63,515 bases of DNA, filler included, from Sphacelaria rigidula (GCA_964200075.2; 8 parts of 8 records of this genome joined end to end with filler, not necessarily neighbours in it), one strand, 5' to 3'. Counted from the first letter of the whole stretch, positions 37,266 to 50,558 are shown. The notes: generated by a model from the sequence alone, not told the origin. Made by a program: numbers and translations.

Positions 37266-38560
37266 CTGCACATGGCAAACAACATTGCGCGGGCGCACAC
37301 ACAAACCAATGAGCCGTCATTGGAACAACGGCCCAGTAGACCTAAAAAAATGCTCGTACGCAACGGTTGGTACTCGATTTTACTTAACTTCGGACTGCAA
37401 AAAGTTATGAGAAAATTCATGTTTTGGGGCAAGTGAGCAGTAGACCCAGCTCGTCCAGAACGTGTTTTCGTTCATAATCGGCGCCTGGGCGTCGATTTGA
37501 GCTCTGCCAGCGCACAGTTTGCCTTGGAGAACCCATGCACCCCCCTTGCCCGAGGGTCCTCGTACGCCTCAGGTCGGGGTCAGGGTCAGGGTTAGCATTA
37601 GGGTTGACGGCACCTCCATGGTACCAACCATTGTGTACGAACATTTTTTCAGGGCCAATCCAACGGCCACCCAAGCAAGCGCCTCGACAGTCGACAGTAT
37701 CTCAATACACGCTCTGACAACAAGAGTCATAATCTGCAATTTTCCTTGTCCACCCGACACTGACATGCATCGCTTCCGCCGGTGTCCGAGCCACAACCAA
37801 ACTTGATCCGTTTACCTGATCTTCTATTTATGAAAATGACTTGATTGAATCATTGTTGCACACTCTGGATAATGACAGTAGATCACACGGTTGAAAAGTG
37901 TAATGCGTACAGCATCGACTAGTGCGTCTATTGCATCAGACCATAGATTCCATACTGTACACAGTACATCTTTTGACATGTTATCTGTCCAGGGCATGCA
38001 TTGTTGCACATCAACCAACGAGCACATCTCCATGATCGAATAAACCGTCCATCTGACTCTTCGACGTGGATCATCACGTGTAGATACGTCAGAAGTTCAC
38101 ATTCTTCGCCTCACACGTTTCACCGTCGTGTACTGCGGTTCAGCCGCTGTACCGACAGTCACACTCCGCGAAAACGTACACTCTGAATCAATAGTCATAT
38201 CTCAATAGTAGAGGCAGGATGGGAGGGGGCGTCGGTTCCGTCGCATGAGCCCATCCCCCTGGCGCTACGTGAAACGTCCCGGAGCGCCGAATACAACACA
38301 GAAACAGACAAGAAAAATGAAAATTAAAGGGCGACAAGAAATACTCCAGAAGACCACAGAACGATGGCACAACCGCAAGCACAACATGAGCTGATTTGAC
38401 TGAATCAAGGATCGATAGCCTCAAACGAGGCGATGGACTACAACAGCACGATATACAAACAAAAAAACACTCGTCATATCGCAAAAAACTCAAGCAAAAA
38501 ATGACAGAAAACAAAATAGGCGGGAGTAAAGTAGGCAGACAGACAGACCTCCGCCAAGTA

Positions 38561-39540
38561 CGAGCTGGGCCAGCCTAAAAACGGATTTAAGCTGTCAAAG
38601 CGATATCTCAACGACACAGACGAGTTGGGCCGTGATCCGCATATCGTATTACTCGTCTAATCAAGTGGAAGGTGCTCATCTGCCAAAAAAATCTGGGCCA
38701 TTATTTTCTTGTCGAGTAAACCCCATGTATAGTGATTCCTATACCTGGCGGAGATAGCGTCCACACTGAAATCTATACGAAACCCCGAACGATCGATCAA
38801 GCGGATGATGACGATTTTTGGTGTGGACCTTCCCTGGAGCACGGGTAGACGATAGATACCCTCACTTTCACCTAATTCGTCATCTATCTCGAGAAATGGC
38901 GCACATAAGTTTTCATAATAAAATCAGTATATTACGAGCAGAGGCACTAGATGACCTACATCTGGATATCGAGTCTCAGTTTTTGAGAGTTGTGCTATTA
39001 AATTTGGTATGGAGAACCGCTAGTGCATAATGAAATAAAAAACACAGCTTTTGTGGGGGGTTTTCGTTTTTTTCTCATCTTTTCTCGTGTTTCTAGGGGG
39101 GGTTTGAGGAGAAATGAACATTGCTCTTGGGCCTCATCTCAATTTTTCAGCTCAATTATTAGAAATGTGATTCGAAACTTGGCATGGAGAGCGACAGAGG
39201 TATGCTGAGTAAAAAAAAATGGGCCTTCATTTTTTTTTCCATGAGAGGTTCGGGCGCTCTCATAAAAAAAGGATCGTTACCATACTAAAACGCCCTCAAT
39301 CAGTGAAAACTAAAATAAAGCCCAACCGCCCCCATTTTTCTTGGTTCATCACGACCTAGCAAGGTCCCGCACAAAGTTTCAACCCAGAAGCACCAAACGT
39401 AGGCCGATGAAGGGCCTGCAAAATATTGTTCCGAATTTCCGCCGCCTCGGTTTTACAAAGGTAAAATCGCAATTTTTTCTTGGAGTTGGAAAGTGAAATT
39501 TGGTATGGACAATCAAGAGGGCATGAAGAAAAGCTGTCTG
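38561..39540 (+). mobile_element. Arm of TA-flanked non-autonomous DNA transposon (same family as 23857-24511)
   Basis: Starts TA|CGAGCTGGGCCAGCCTAAAAACGGATTT; homologous to the reverse complement of the contig 4 start. Distal end approximate. Confidence 0.75.
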
Positions 39541-40454
39541 TGAAACCCCGTCGATTTTTTTTCGTGAATTAAGGACAAAACTCAGTTTGAGGTTTGGGTA
39601 AAATACCCTTGACTCACGAAAAAAAAAAAAAAAAAATCGTTGGGATCTCACCTGTACATTNNNNNNNNNNNNNNNNNNNNNNNNNNNNNNNNNNNNNNNN
39701 NNNNTTAATTAATTAANNNNNNNNNNNNNNNNNNNNNNNNNNNNNNNNNNNNNNNNNNNNGTAAACTCAATGATGAATAACACCCCCCTAAGTTCAAATT
39801 GGATCTACCTGTTATTGCCGCAGCACCGTCCTTGCTGGCATATGTGTGTGACAGAGAACAGTAGTAGCGGTGACGGGAACACTACCATATTTTTCAACAC
39901 GTTTTCAGCGCACAGAGGCACGTCCTGTCCAAGAGGAGAGGCAGAGGGAAATCGACGTTTGCGTTGGCGACAGGCAAGAAGAGACCACGGGATTTCTCCG
40001 CACGTCGATGCTCTGGCGTATGAAAATCTTTGCACATGCTGGTAAGATCAAGGATGCCAGTCTCTCGAGAGTTTGGCAATCGCCGAGCGGGGGGACACAC
40101 AAAGGGCACGGGCGAGGAGCTTCCTCTCTGTCGTTGCTTCTTTCTCTGGTGATATCGTCATCGACTCGCGTGTACACCGCATTTCGTTGGGTGCACCTGG
40201 CCAGAGTTGCTTAAACCTTGGACCGCGGTGCCCGTAGTCCACCTGAACCACGCGTGTACTTTTTCAAGTGAATATTGATGCCGATTCAGCAGGTGACCTA
40301 CTCTCGCGGTCTAACGGGTAACTCCTGCTGCGGAGGTTTGGAAAGGAATATACTTTCGATCTGTCTTACTCTTTCGTATCTTCCCTGCAATAGAGAAATG
40401 GGACTTCAACCTCCTTTTTTGTTTCAACCCCAAAAATTAGGATCGGCTGTTAAT

Positions 40455-41765
40455 TGCCGATCGTAGACCAGTATACATACCTTGGCGTAGAGTTCTCAAG
40501 AAACTGTTCTTGGGATGCACATACAAACAGAGTAATAAAAAAGGGTAAGGCACAGATAGGCAGAATAGACTTGATCCTCATACACCCGCGCCTAGACACT
40601 AGAATCAAGAGAGATGTATTCTGATGAAGGTGATCGTATCAAAGCTGGAGAAGGCAGAAGTATGGGAGGGGAACGTGAAGTTGGTGGAATGGTCAGAAAA
40701 CAGTACAGATGGCAGCAGCGAAGAACATACTTGGACGTCGAAAACGACCAGTAATACAGCTTTGAGAGCTGACTTGGGAATGTACTCACTTATAACAAAC
40801 AGAGACACGAGGAAATTGCGACGGCAATATAGCGTAAAAAGCATGCAGAGAAAGAGATCACCAGCTATAGGTCACAGGGCTGTATGGAAGAAAAGTACGA
40901 AAGGGCAGGCTGGAATAAGGTGGGATGGAGGAGTCGTGAAAAATTGGAACGAGATGCGAGGGAACCCGGACGAAACACTGTTCATAGATGAAGACGCAGA
41001 GTACAAGTCAAAAGTAAGAGACATGGTAGAAATAAGGGAACAAGGAGCGCTCACACGCAAGGTAGACACGGAAGAACACCCGGAAATATACGGGTGGTGG
41101 AGAGAGGGGACAGGGATGAAAGCATACTTGCAACACTGTTCATAGATGAAGACGCAGAGTACAAGTCAAAAGTAAGAGACATGATAGAAATAAGGGAACA
41201 AGGAGCGCTCACACGCAAGGTAGACACGGAAGAACACCCGGAAATATACGGGTGGTGGAGAGAGGGGACAGGGATGAAAGCATACTTGCATGGCCCCATG
41301 AACGCTGCGAAAAATGTGAAATTACGATTTCGGGTGGGGGATCTGGGCCTGCCAGAAAGAAGAGAGAGATACACCAGTCGTCGGAAGCAGGAAGTAGATG
41401 GACAGAGCTGCCCCTGTGGCAAACAAATAGAGAGCAAAAGTCATGTAGTGGCGGAATGTGAGTTATACAAGGAGGAACGGGACATGCTAGAGGGAGAAAT
41501 GCGGGATGTGAACGAAGGTGGCATGAAATCGTTTGATGCATTGGACAGTAGCGAGAAACCGATGGCTATACTAGGAGATAGATGGTGGCCGGAGACGGCT
41601 AAACAGGACAGGCAAAAGATGTCTAACAGGTTTTTGTGTAATATATGGAAGAAACGCAATGAGCGCCAGAATGTTGAAGGTGGCTCTAGTAGGAGTAGGG
41701 ACGGTGCTCCGTCTCGAAAGGGATGCGTGGTCATTGGTAAAACGACTAGGGCAAGCAATACATGA
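40455..41765 (+). mobile_element. Non-LTR retrotransposon 3' fragment (RT end plus CCHC knuckle) with an internal 158-bp tandem duplication
   Basis: DQYTYLGVEF ... LRFRVGDLGLPERR ... CPCG...ESKSHVVAECELY; duplication 40975-41132 / 41133-41290. Confidence 0.85.
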
Positions 41766-43175
41766 GTACCCCCCCCCCCTGTCGTACGATGACACTTTCA
41801 CGAAGACAACACCCATGACCAGCTCTGCAAAAACCGTTGTCCACATACCCTTGCTCGTGACGTTCAGCGAGGTGATTTGTGCCGCAGCAGTCGATTGCCG
41901 CACAATCCGCCCGGGGCAAATCTAGGATCGTTTCGCGGCACTTCGTGCCCAGTAGTTGAAGGCGGTGGAGGTGTACAATGATCGCCAGCCTGTTGCAGGA
42001 ATAGCAATGGTGATGGGGACAACGCAGAACACCCGACTGAATTTGCCAAAAGTGGACCAAACACGAACGAGTTGGTATCAGTACCTAGAGCAGTTCTGTG
42101 TGGCAACCGCTCTCGGCCTCGGTCTGTACCAACCCCGCTCATCCTATTGGATCACTGTGTCAGCTGCCAATCTCCTCGATGTTTACATGTTGGGGCTAAC
42201 TTTACATGTCCCGTCTCAGCACTTACAATGCTAATTGGAACTACTTTCTAGTGTGGAGGATCGTCAACGTCACGGCACCCACAAATATGATATTCTCACA
42301 GGCGCGAGGTGTACGGGCGGGCACGGATGTCGCACATCCTCAATCGTAAATGAGCTGCGCGACAGCGTTCAACATTTTGCATTTGCGCCATGCTGCTACG
42401 CTGTACGTGGCCACCTCATGTCAGTATTTCCAAGCAGTTCGAAGCCTCGTGCCACCTACTGGGGATGTACCTTCTCGCTGCGCACTCTTGCCGCTAGGTA
42501 CAAGTATCCGATCCTATACATCGGGAGGAAAACAATGGTGGCACGAGTAGTGCATTGGCTGTTCTTCGTTTCATCACACTCCTGAATTCCATTCCTCGGG
42601 ATGAGCCCGTAGTCTCAAGGGATTATTCCATTTTTCCCTTGGTGCTTGCACAACATTTTCGTACCGCCGATGAGGTCAGCACCCCCGCATCTTGTCGGCT
42701 GTTGTCAGATATTCTCGGATACTCACGCCCTCACGCTTTCAAGGAGAGAATTCAGATACATTGGAGAAAAGTAACCCACCGGGATCCCAAGCCGAAACCT
42801 TTCGCCCTAATCTAATCTGCATGAACCGGTTGCATCACTGAAACGCGGTGGTATGACATGGCTACCGATGCATCTTTCTGCGCGGTGACCTGCCAGAAGC
42901 AGTGACATCACGATGAGAAGAACAGCTAGCAATTTCACAATGCTTCGGAAACCATTGCTGGCGACGATCCGCCACCACGCCAACATCCAAAAGCATGACT
43001 CAGCGGTCTTCGCGTCCCCAGCTACCGACCGAACACAACTGACCTCTTTGACCTCAAAACGAAACAGTTGAATTATATTACGGAGTTCAAAACAAAATCA
43101 TGACCTGCGCACCACAGATACGGTGAAACAAGGCTTTGTCCAACATCAGCGGTGGGAAAGGCGTGCACGGGTCCT

Positions 43176-45146
43176 TCATTCAATCCACCTCTTTTGCAGG
43201 CGGGATGAGGCCGCGGACACGCGACGAGACGGGGCGGACACGTCCACTCCTAACTTCACGTCGGTTCCGTTGTCTTCAGACATTACATCATCCCTGGCTG
43301 CCACGTTAGGTACCGGCTGCACCTGGGCCGTCCGGCGAAGCCGCTTCATGTTTCTTCCATTTGTGATGCTATTATCACATTTTCTGATTGTGAGAGCTCT
43401 CCTGGAGCCGCCAAGGCCCATGCTGTCGTAACTGCTGGGTCCCGCAGTAACTCGTTTGCTACTTTGTATCCCCTCGAAGCTTCGCGCAGGCGCAACGGTG
43501 TCCTCCATTTTGATTTCCATGCGCATCTCCGCTCCTCCTATAGTAGCCCTATCTGCTGCTGCCGCGTCGGGGGGCTGTCTCGGGGGGGCAGGCGACGTGG
43601 TCGTGGAATTTGCACCACGTCGCCTATCGCGGATGACACGCGGGTCGCAACGAGAATTACCGTTACGACCATCATCGTTCGTATTGAGACCGGCATTCGG
43701 TGGATTACCCCATTTTTCACATTCATCATCCATACCGATGCCAGTCTCTCCCGTGACGAGGTCATCACTCACTGGGCCCTTTTTCCGGATATGTCTCATG
43801 GGATCAGACCATATGACCAAGTCATGTGCAGCACCATGGTAGGTATTCCCGTGCTCCCAAACGAGCTTAGAATGATGCTGCGAGGCGCAGTCATCGCCGA
43901 CCACGAAGATCATCCCTGCGCGGGCGTGTGCGGCGCAAAACCCCGCCTTTCTGCTAATGGCTGCACCGATCGATGGTCGGGTGAAGCAGCCCTCCTTGCC
44001 GCACCGCTTACTCTTCACATCGATCATGCCCACTCGGGTGTGTGCGGCGTAGAACTCCGTCTTTCTTCTAATGGCTGCACCGATCGATGGTCGTGTGAAG
44101 CAGCCCTCCTTGCCGCACCGCTTGCTCTTCACATCGATCATGCCCGCTCGGGTGTGTGCGGCGTAGAACTCCGTCTTTCTGCTACTGGCTGCACCGATCT
44201 ATGGTCGTGTGCAGCAGCCCTCCTCGCCGAACCGCTTGCTTTTCACATCGATCATGCCCGCTCGGGCGTGTGCGGCGCAGAGCTCCGCCTTTCTGCTACC
44301 GGCTGCACCGAAAGATGCTCGTGTGGAGCAGCCCTCTTTACCGCATTGCTTCTTCACATTGATCATGCCCGCTCGGGCGTGTGTGGCGCAGAACTTCGTC
44401 TTTCTGCTGCCGGCTGTACCGAAATATGCTCGTGTGGAGCAGCCCTCTTTACCGCATTGCTTCTTCACGTTGATCATGCCCGCTCGGGCGTGTGCGGCGC
44501 AGAACGTCGTCTTTCTGCTGCCGGCTGTACCGAAATATGCTCATGTGGAGCAGCCCTCTTTGCCGCACCTTTGTTTTACATTGACCATGCCCGCTCGAGC
44601 GTGTGTCGCGCAGAACTCTGCCTTCTTGCTACCGGCTGCACCGAACGATGGTTGAGTGGAGCAGCCCTCCTTGCCGCACGGCTTGTTCCTCACATTGACC
44701 ATGCCCGCTCGAGCGTGTGTCGCGCAGAACTCCGCCTTCCTGGTGCCGACTGCACGGAACAATGGTTGAGCGGAGCAACCCCTCTTGCCGCACGGCTTGT
44801 TCCTCACATTGACCATGCCCGCTCGAGCGTGTGTCGCGCAGAACTCCGCCTTCCTGGTGCCGACTGCACCGAACGATGGTATTGTGGAGCAGCCCCCTTT
44901 GCCGCAACGCCTGCTGTTCACATTGACCATGCCCGTTTGAGCGTGAGTCGTGCAGAACTTCGCCTTCCTACTGACGGCTGAACCACACGATGGTATTGTG
45001 GAACAGCCCTTCTTGCCGCACCGCTTGTTCCTCACATGGATCATGCCCGCTCGGGCGTGTGTGGCGCAGAACTCCGCCTCCTTGCTACCCGTTATGCAGC
45101 ATGATGATCTCGTGGTGCAACTCGTGTGGATGCACATTTCGGGCAT
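43176..45146 (-). pseudogene. EsV-1-7 Cys-rich repeat protein gene (11 repeats plus low-complexity C-terminus), intronless, two in-frame nonsense codons
   Basis: Units of 37-38 aa like MVNVxxKRCGKEGCSTxPSFGxxGSRKAEFCATHARAG (C-x4-C-x16-C-x2-H) at 43914-45146. The three listed ORFs share one frame, broken by TGA (44541-44543) and TAG (44199-44201). ATG at 45146 (MPEMC). Confidence 0.92.
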
Positions 45147-45457
45147 CCCCTTCACAACCGCACTAGAGGAAGGACGAGGCCACGGTAGTCCCCACCGCTG
45201 CTGCTGCTGCTGCTACGATCCGCACTGTCACGGATTCGTTGACGAGACCCGCTGACCTGCTCAGAAGCACCCTGCACCAATCAACCAGCAAAGATAATCT
45301 TAGGTCGTGCTCATGGGAGATAGGTGACCTGTCATCATAGTATCTCGGTCGCATATGGGCATGTCGGCTAGAGTGAACTGACACATCAACCGTTGAGAGA
45401 GCAGGCGATAGAGATCCCTACTGCAGAAGGGTCGTTACAGGAAAGGGAGCGGCGTGC

Positions 45458-46386
45458 TCATTTGTTGCTTGCCCTAGTCGTTTTACCAATGACCACGCAT
45501 CCCTCTCGAGACGGAGCACCGTCCCTACTCCTAACAGAGCCACCTTCAACATTCTGCCGCTCAGTACGTTTCTTCCATGCATTACACAAAAACCTGTTGG
45601 ATATCTTATGCCCGTCCTGTTTCGCCGTCTCCGGCCACCATCTAACTCCTAGTATAGCCATCGGTTTCTCGCTACCATCCACTGCATCAAACGATTTCAT
45701 GCCACCTTCGTTCACATCCCGCATATCTCGTTCCTCCTTGTATAACTCACATTCCGCCGCTACATGACTTTTGCTCTCTACTTCTTTGCCACAGGGGCAG
45801 CTCTCCATCTACTTCCTTCTTTCGACGACTGGTGTATCTCTTTCTCCTTTCTGGTAGGCTCAGGTCCCCCACCCAAAATCGTAATATCACATTTTTCGCA
45901 GCGCCCATGGGGCCATGCAAGTATGCTTTCATCCCTGTCCCCTCTCTCCACCACCCGTATATTTCCGGGTGCTCTTCCGTGTCTACCTTGCGTGTGAGCG
46001 CTCCTTGTTTCCTTATTTCTATCATGTCTCTTACTTTTGACTTGTACCCTGCGTCTTCATCTATGAACAGTATTTCGTCTTGGTTCCCTCTCACCTTCCA
46101 TATTTTCTCGACTCCTCTATCCCATCTTATTCCAGCTTGCCTTTTCGTACTTTTCTTCCATACAGCCCTGTGAACTATAGCTAGCGATCTCTTCCTCTGC
46201 ATGCTTTTTATGCTATAATGGCATCGCAATTTCCTCATGCCTCTGCTTGTCATAAGTGAGTACACTCCCAAGTCAGCTCTCAAAGCTGTATTACTGGTCG
46301 TTTTCGATGTCCAAGTATGTTCTTAGCTGCTGCCATCTGTACTGTTTCCAACCTCTGCACCAACTTCACCTTCCCCTCCCAAACTT
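45458..46386 (-). mobile_element. Non-LTR retrotransposon 3' fragment, inverted sister of 40658-41765
   Basis: Same motifs (YGWWREGTGMKAYLHGPM, CPCG...SHV..ECELY, GKTTRASN) on the opposite strand. Confidence 0.88.
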
Positions 46387-47123
46387 TAATGAGAAGCGTA
46401 GTCTTGATACTTGTTCTTGCAGCGCGGGGGTCACGTCTCAAGCAAAGTAAGGACTGGCCGAGTCTGAGGATGCACAGAAGTCTACAGTATCGAGGACGCT
46501 AGTATGGTTATTCCACACATCCGATTTATGTGACACGACGCGCACGCAATCATTCTGTTCTGTGCACCTCGCATCGGGGTCAAAGGCTGGATGAATCATC
46601 AGTTTGTGTGAGTGGTACTCCTCAGCATATAAACGATTGATGAGGAAAGTCTACACCAGACAGATGGTGATATGGAGGTGGGCAGCACATGCCGATCCAT
46701 CACGTTCACAGAGTAATGCCATGCGCTGTTGGGAGACATCACTACATCCTGTGTGGGTGTGCAAATGGTCCTCTGCGCTGGGTATGGTGGCGATGGCTAC
46801 TGGCAGGACGGTTGTGCATTCTACTTCACCCACCATACGGCACTAGCGAGGCGACATGATGATAGCCAGCTGTGCCTACATCAGACGCCCCTGTCACCAC
46901 CTGCTGAGACAATACAGACCTTTTAACTAGGAAGGACTGCGGAAATGCACCCCTCGCAAAAAAAGTTATTACTTCATTGATAACCTCCTTGCCTGAAGAA
47001 TGTAAGCACTGATACCTGAAACGCATTTACTGGACGGGATGAACTCAAAGGAGCTTGCTGAGTGTTGGGCTCGGAAATACTCTGATACGTCGCCTCGATA
47101 TAGCAACAAAGACTCTTGCACAC

Positions 47124-47327
47124 TGTAATGCGTGAGAGGACCGCGTATTAGAGGACCGCGCCGTAGTTCAGAACACCTCAGGGTTGATGTTTTTCAAAAC
47201 CAATTGGGCCAGCCCCTGCAGGTACCACGCCCCTGACTATAACCCCAACCCTAACCCTAACCCCAACCACGGGGATGTTTTAATTCCGATGCGTTCCTCA
47301 GAGCACGCGGTCCTCGCACTCATTACA
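47124..47327. mobile_element. 204-bp MITE containing CCCTAA repeats
   Basis: 23-bp TIRs TGTAATG(C/A)GTG(A/C)GAGGACCGCGT (21/23); internal TAACCCCAACCCTAACCCTAACCCCAACC. Confidence 0.7.
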
Positions 47328-47712
47328 ACACACTCTCATCAACCGGCATCCTGCGGCACAAGCCATCGGCGTAACACGAGACAGGGATTATCGAGGGGCC
47401 ATGCGGTGAACGTGCGGAGGTATGGATCTCCACGGACTCGAATAGCTGTGGTCCGTGCGTCCAATTTCTACATGATGCAGTTTGGAAGCACAGGGCTTGG
47501 TGTAATCGGCACTCATTCTGCTCTGGCGGGGGGGGGGGTAGGATGTACTCATGATCATGCATGCCATAGTCATAAGCCCATTGACCTCGCATCCCTACAA
47601 AGCCGGGACGGANNNNNNNNNNNNNNNNNNNNNNNNNNNNNNNNNNNNNNNNNNNNTTAATTAATTAANNNNNNNNNNNNNNNNNNNNNNNNNNNNNNNN
47701 NNNNNNNNNNNN

Positions 47713-47777
47713 ACATACATACATACATACATACATACATACATGCATACATACATACATACATACATACATACATA
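47713..47777. repeat. (ACAT)n microsatellite
   Basis: Direct reading, at contig start. Confidence 0.95.
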
Positions 47778-48533
47778 CGTTACGTTTTGGTCGAAACGTA
47801 AAGTGAACGTCAATTTTTTAACGAGATGATGGTAATGGGAACGTAATGTTAAATTTTCAAATGAAACGTTCGCGTAACGTTAAAATTTTTCTACGAGATG
47901 TACGTAACGTAACGTGAACGTTAAATTGCCCAAACGTTCAAATCACGTAACATGAAACGTTTCATGTAACGTGTAACGTATATTACACGTTACGCTTACA
48001 TTAGACGTTACACGTTACACGCAACGATACATGTTACCTTACACGTTACCTTACACGTCATGAACACGTCACATGAAGTGGTGAAACTTCAATTTTGCAA
48101 TGGATTTTGAAATCCTAGAAGATGGTGCTTCAATAAACACGAGTGAGTTTGAATGATCATGGTATAGGTATGGCACTAATGCAGAAATTTCGCGCCCTCC
48201 CAATTTCGCGCCCTCCCCACCACACGTCACGCTCCAAGTTATCGTTGCAGCACTGCATCATAACATCATAATCATCTCGGCCACGTTCAAGGCTACTTCT
48301 CATGTGTAAAAAACACGTTGTCAGAAAAGCCGTTTCTCAACAGCGCGATTTTCCACACAATATTACAAAGTAGCCCTTCTTACATGATCGACGCACTGTC
48401 AAAATGTGAAACGCAGTGTTCATCGTTTTCTATGAGGTGTGCAGGCATAATTTCAAATCCTGGGGCGCGCGAGAGAGACGCAGCACTCTGCTGTCGTGTC
48501 GTGGTGTACGGTCCGTACGGACCGTCTGTACTA

Positions 48534-49129
48534 CGAGCTGGGCCAGCTTAAAAGCGGCAAAAAGTTGCTCACACCGCAGATTTCCCAGGTCCCCGAATGA
48601 TCCCGATGTAAGCATATCACTATGAAGCGCACATCAGGCTGGTAACACACGGCACCGACGCTGAATGAAGAAAATAAATGAAAAAAAAAAAATGCACAAT
48701 GTATGACCTTTACGACGGACGGAAAAAAAAATCTGTCGAGATTGAAACTCATGACCTCGACATTTGGAGTCTCCCATCACTTGAATTATAGGGGTGCAGC
48801 AGCGTCACGCAAAATATTGCACGCACAGCCCCATTTGACGACTCTTGAGCTGAAATTTTCAGGAAAACCTTCTGCACCCAAGGAAATGATACACTACGTC
48901 AGCAGCTGCAAATTCTCATTTTTTTCCTGGACTTGAGACATAATATTGTTTTTGCTGAAATTCCAAATCCCCATAACTTCCTTTTTTCTCTTCTTTGCTT
49001 TGCTGCTCACGTGGTCTTCTGCAGTTCGATCAAAAAAAGCTGCTATAAAAATTTCAGCGTCCAACTCCTAACATCGCGCCGTGCGTCGCCTGAGCGAGAA
49101 AATCACCCATTGTTGGCTGGCCAAGCTCG
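48534..49129. mobile_element. Tc1/mariner-type MITE (596 bp)
   Basis: TIR CGAGCT(G/T)GGCCAGC (13/14) with TA on both sides. Confidence 0.8.
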
Positions 49130-49315
49130 TACTGTGATACATTGCCTGAGCAATACATAGTGGGCTGCGTGACGCAAGACGATCAATAGCAACACCGCCT
49201 TGCTGTACTAACTGACTGTAGAAGTGACGGTGGTGCTTTTCACTGCACGGTAGTACTTGACTGAAAGGACAGCACGGACAACAGTACACACAACAGTACT
49301 GTATTGTATGCGTTG

Positions 49316-49882
49316 GCTGCCATCACCACTGCTGTCGCTGGTGCTCGCGGGCAGTCAGCGTGTTGCTTTATAGTCCTTCGCTCGCCAGTAGCGTGATGCC
49401 CCTTACCCCCATGAGAACAGAACAGGGCAGGGTCGATGACGAGTGCTGTACAGACACTCTGTGTGCAGTTTGCACAGTATTGTAGCCCAATTCGGGTCTG
49501 TGCATGCAGCGTGTTGCAAACAGCACTCGAATACAGTACAGACTGCCCAGGCCCCCAAGCCCTGTAGACACTACAGCAGTAGCACTGCTCATACTGCGGT
49601 CTTGTGTCTACAGTCAATGCGGTCCTGTCTCTACAAGTCTTGGGTGCGTGGGTAGTCTGTACTGCGTTGCGAGTGCTGTTCGCAACACGCTGCATGCACA
49701 AACCTGAACTGCGAGCAACAATACTGTCGTTGCAAACTACAGACAGAGTGTTCGTACAGCACTCGTCATCGACCCTGCCCGGTGCTGTTCTCACGGGGTT
49801 TGCCACCATGATACTGGCAAGCAAAGGACAATGAAGCAACACGCTGCGCACGAGCACCAGCGACAGCAGTGGTGATGGCAGC
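49316..49882. repeat. Long imperfect foldback (about 570 nt, arms about 250 nt)
   Basis: For example GGGCAGGGTCGATGACGAGTGCTGTAC pairs with GTACAGCACTCGTCATCGACCCTGCCC, and GCTGCCATCACCACTGCTGTCGCTGGTGCTCG pairs with its reverse complement at the outer end. Confidence 0.9.
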
Positions 49883-50017
49883 AAAGCCATCATGGCTGCT
49901 GTCGTGGGCTGAAGGGTGTGTTGGCGTGCGGCGGGATTTCAAACGCGTTTTCTGAGTTCAGAAAAAGGGATTTTTTTGTCATTCATCAGAAGACGCGTTT
50001 TTTCGTTGAGGTTCTTT

Positions 50018-50558
50018 CAGGGGTCTACACGTCACACGTTCACGTTCACGTTCACGTTCACGTTCATGATGTAAAAAAAAATAACGTTCACGTTACGTTT
50101 CGGCCAAAACGCAACGTGTAACGCTGTGGCACGTGTTAAGTGTAGACCCCTAGTTTTTTTGTACATAAGAAATAGCCCACGAGTCACCGTTAGCGTCACG
50201 TACATGGTGACATCACGCGTTACACGGCACGTTACAACGCCTTCAACACTGGTAAATGAGTCGCGAAATACACAGTACGAAACGTTACATTCGAACGTTA
50301 CACGTGTCAACGTAATGTTATACTATACGTTACGCGTGACATTGAAACGTTTCATATGACGTTACATGTAACGAAACGTAACGTCAAACGTTTTTCACGT
50401 GATCAACGTAACGTGAAAGTTACGTTATATTTTCAAATGAAACGTTAACGTAACGTTAAAATTTATTCAACGTGACATACATAACGTAACGTGAACACTA
50501 TTTTTTTTTTTACGTGATGAACGTAACGTGAACGTGAACGTGTAACGTGTAGACCCCT
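50018..50558. mobile_element. hAT-like non-autonomous elements rich in ACGTT/TAACG motifs; related tract at about 47778-48080
   Basis: Left end CAGGGGTCTACAC at 50018; right ends GTGTAGACCCCT finishing at 50151 and 50558. Confidence 0.65.

Noticed and set aside
43464..44981. 505-aa plus-strand ORF
   Set aside because: Antisense shadow of the GC-rich EsV-1-7 tandem array; a stop-free unit propagates by duplication, and the recognisable motif is on the minus strand.
43914..45146. CRISPR-like array or phaeovirus provirus
   Set aside because: The units are coding tandem repeats without unique spacers. No cas or viral core genes are nearby, and EsV-1-7 repeats are common in brown algal host genes.
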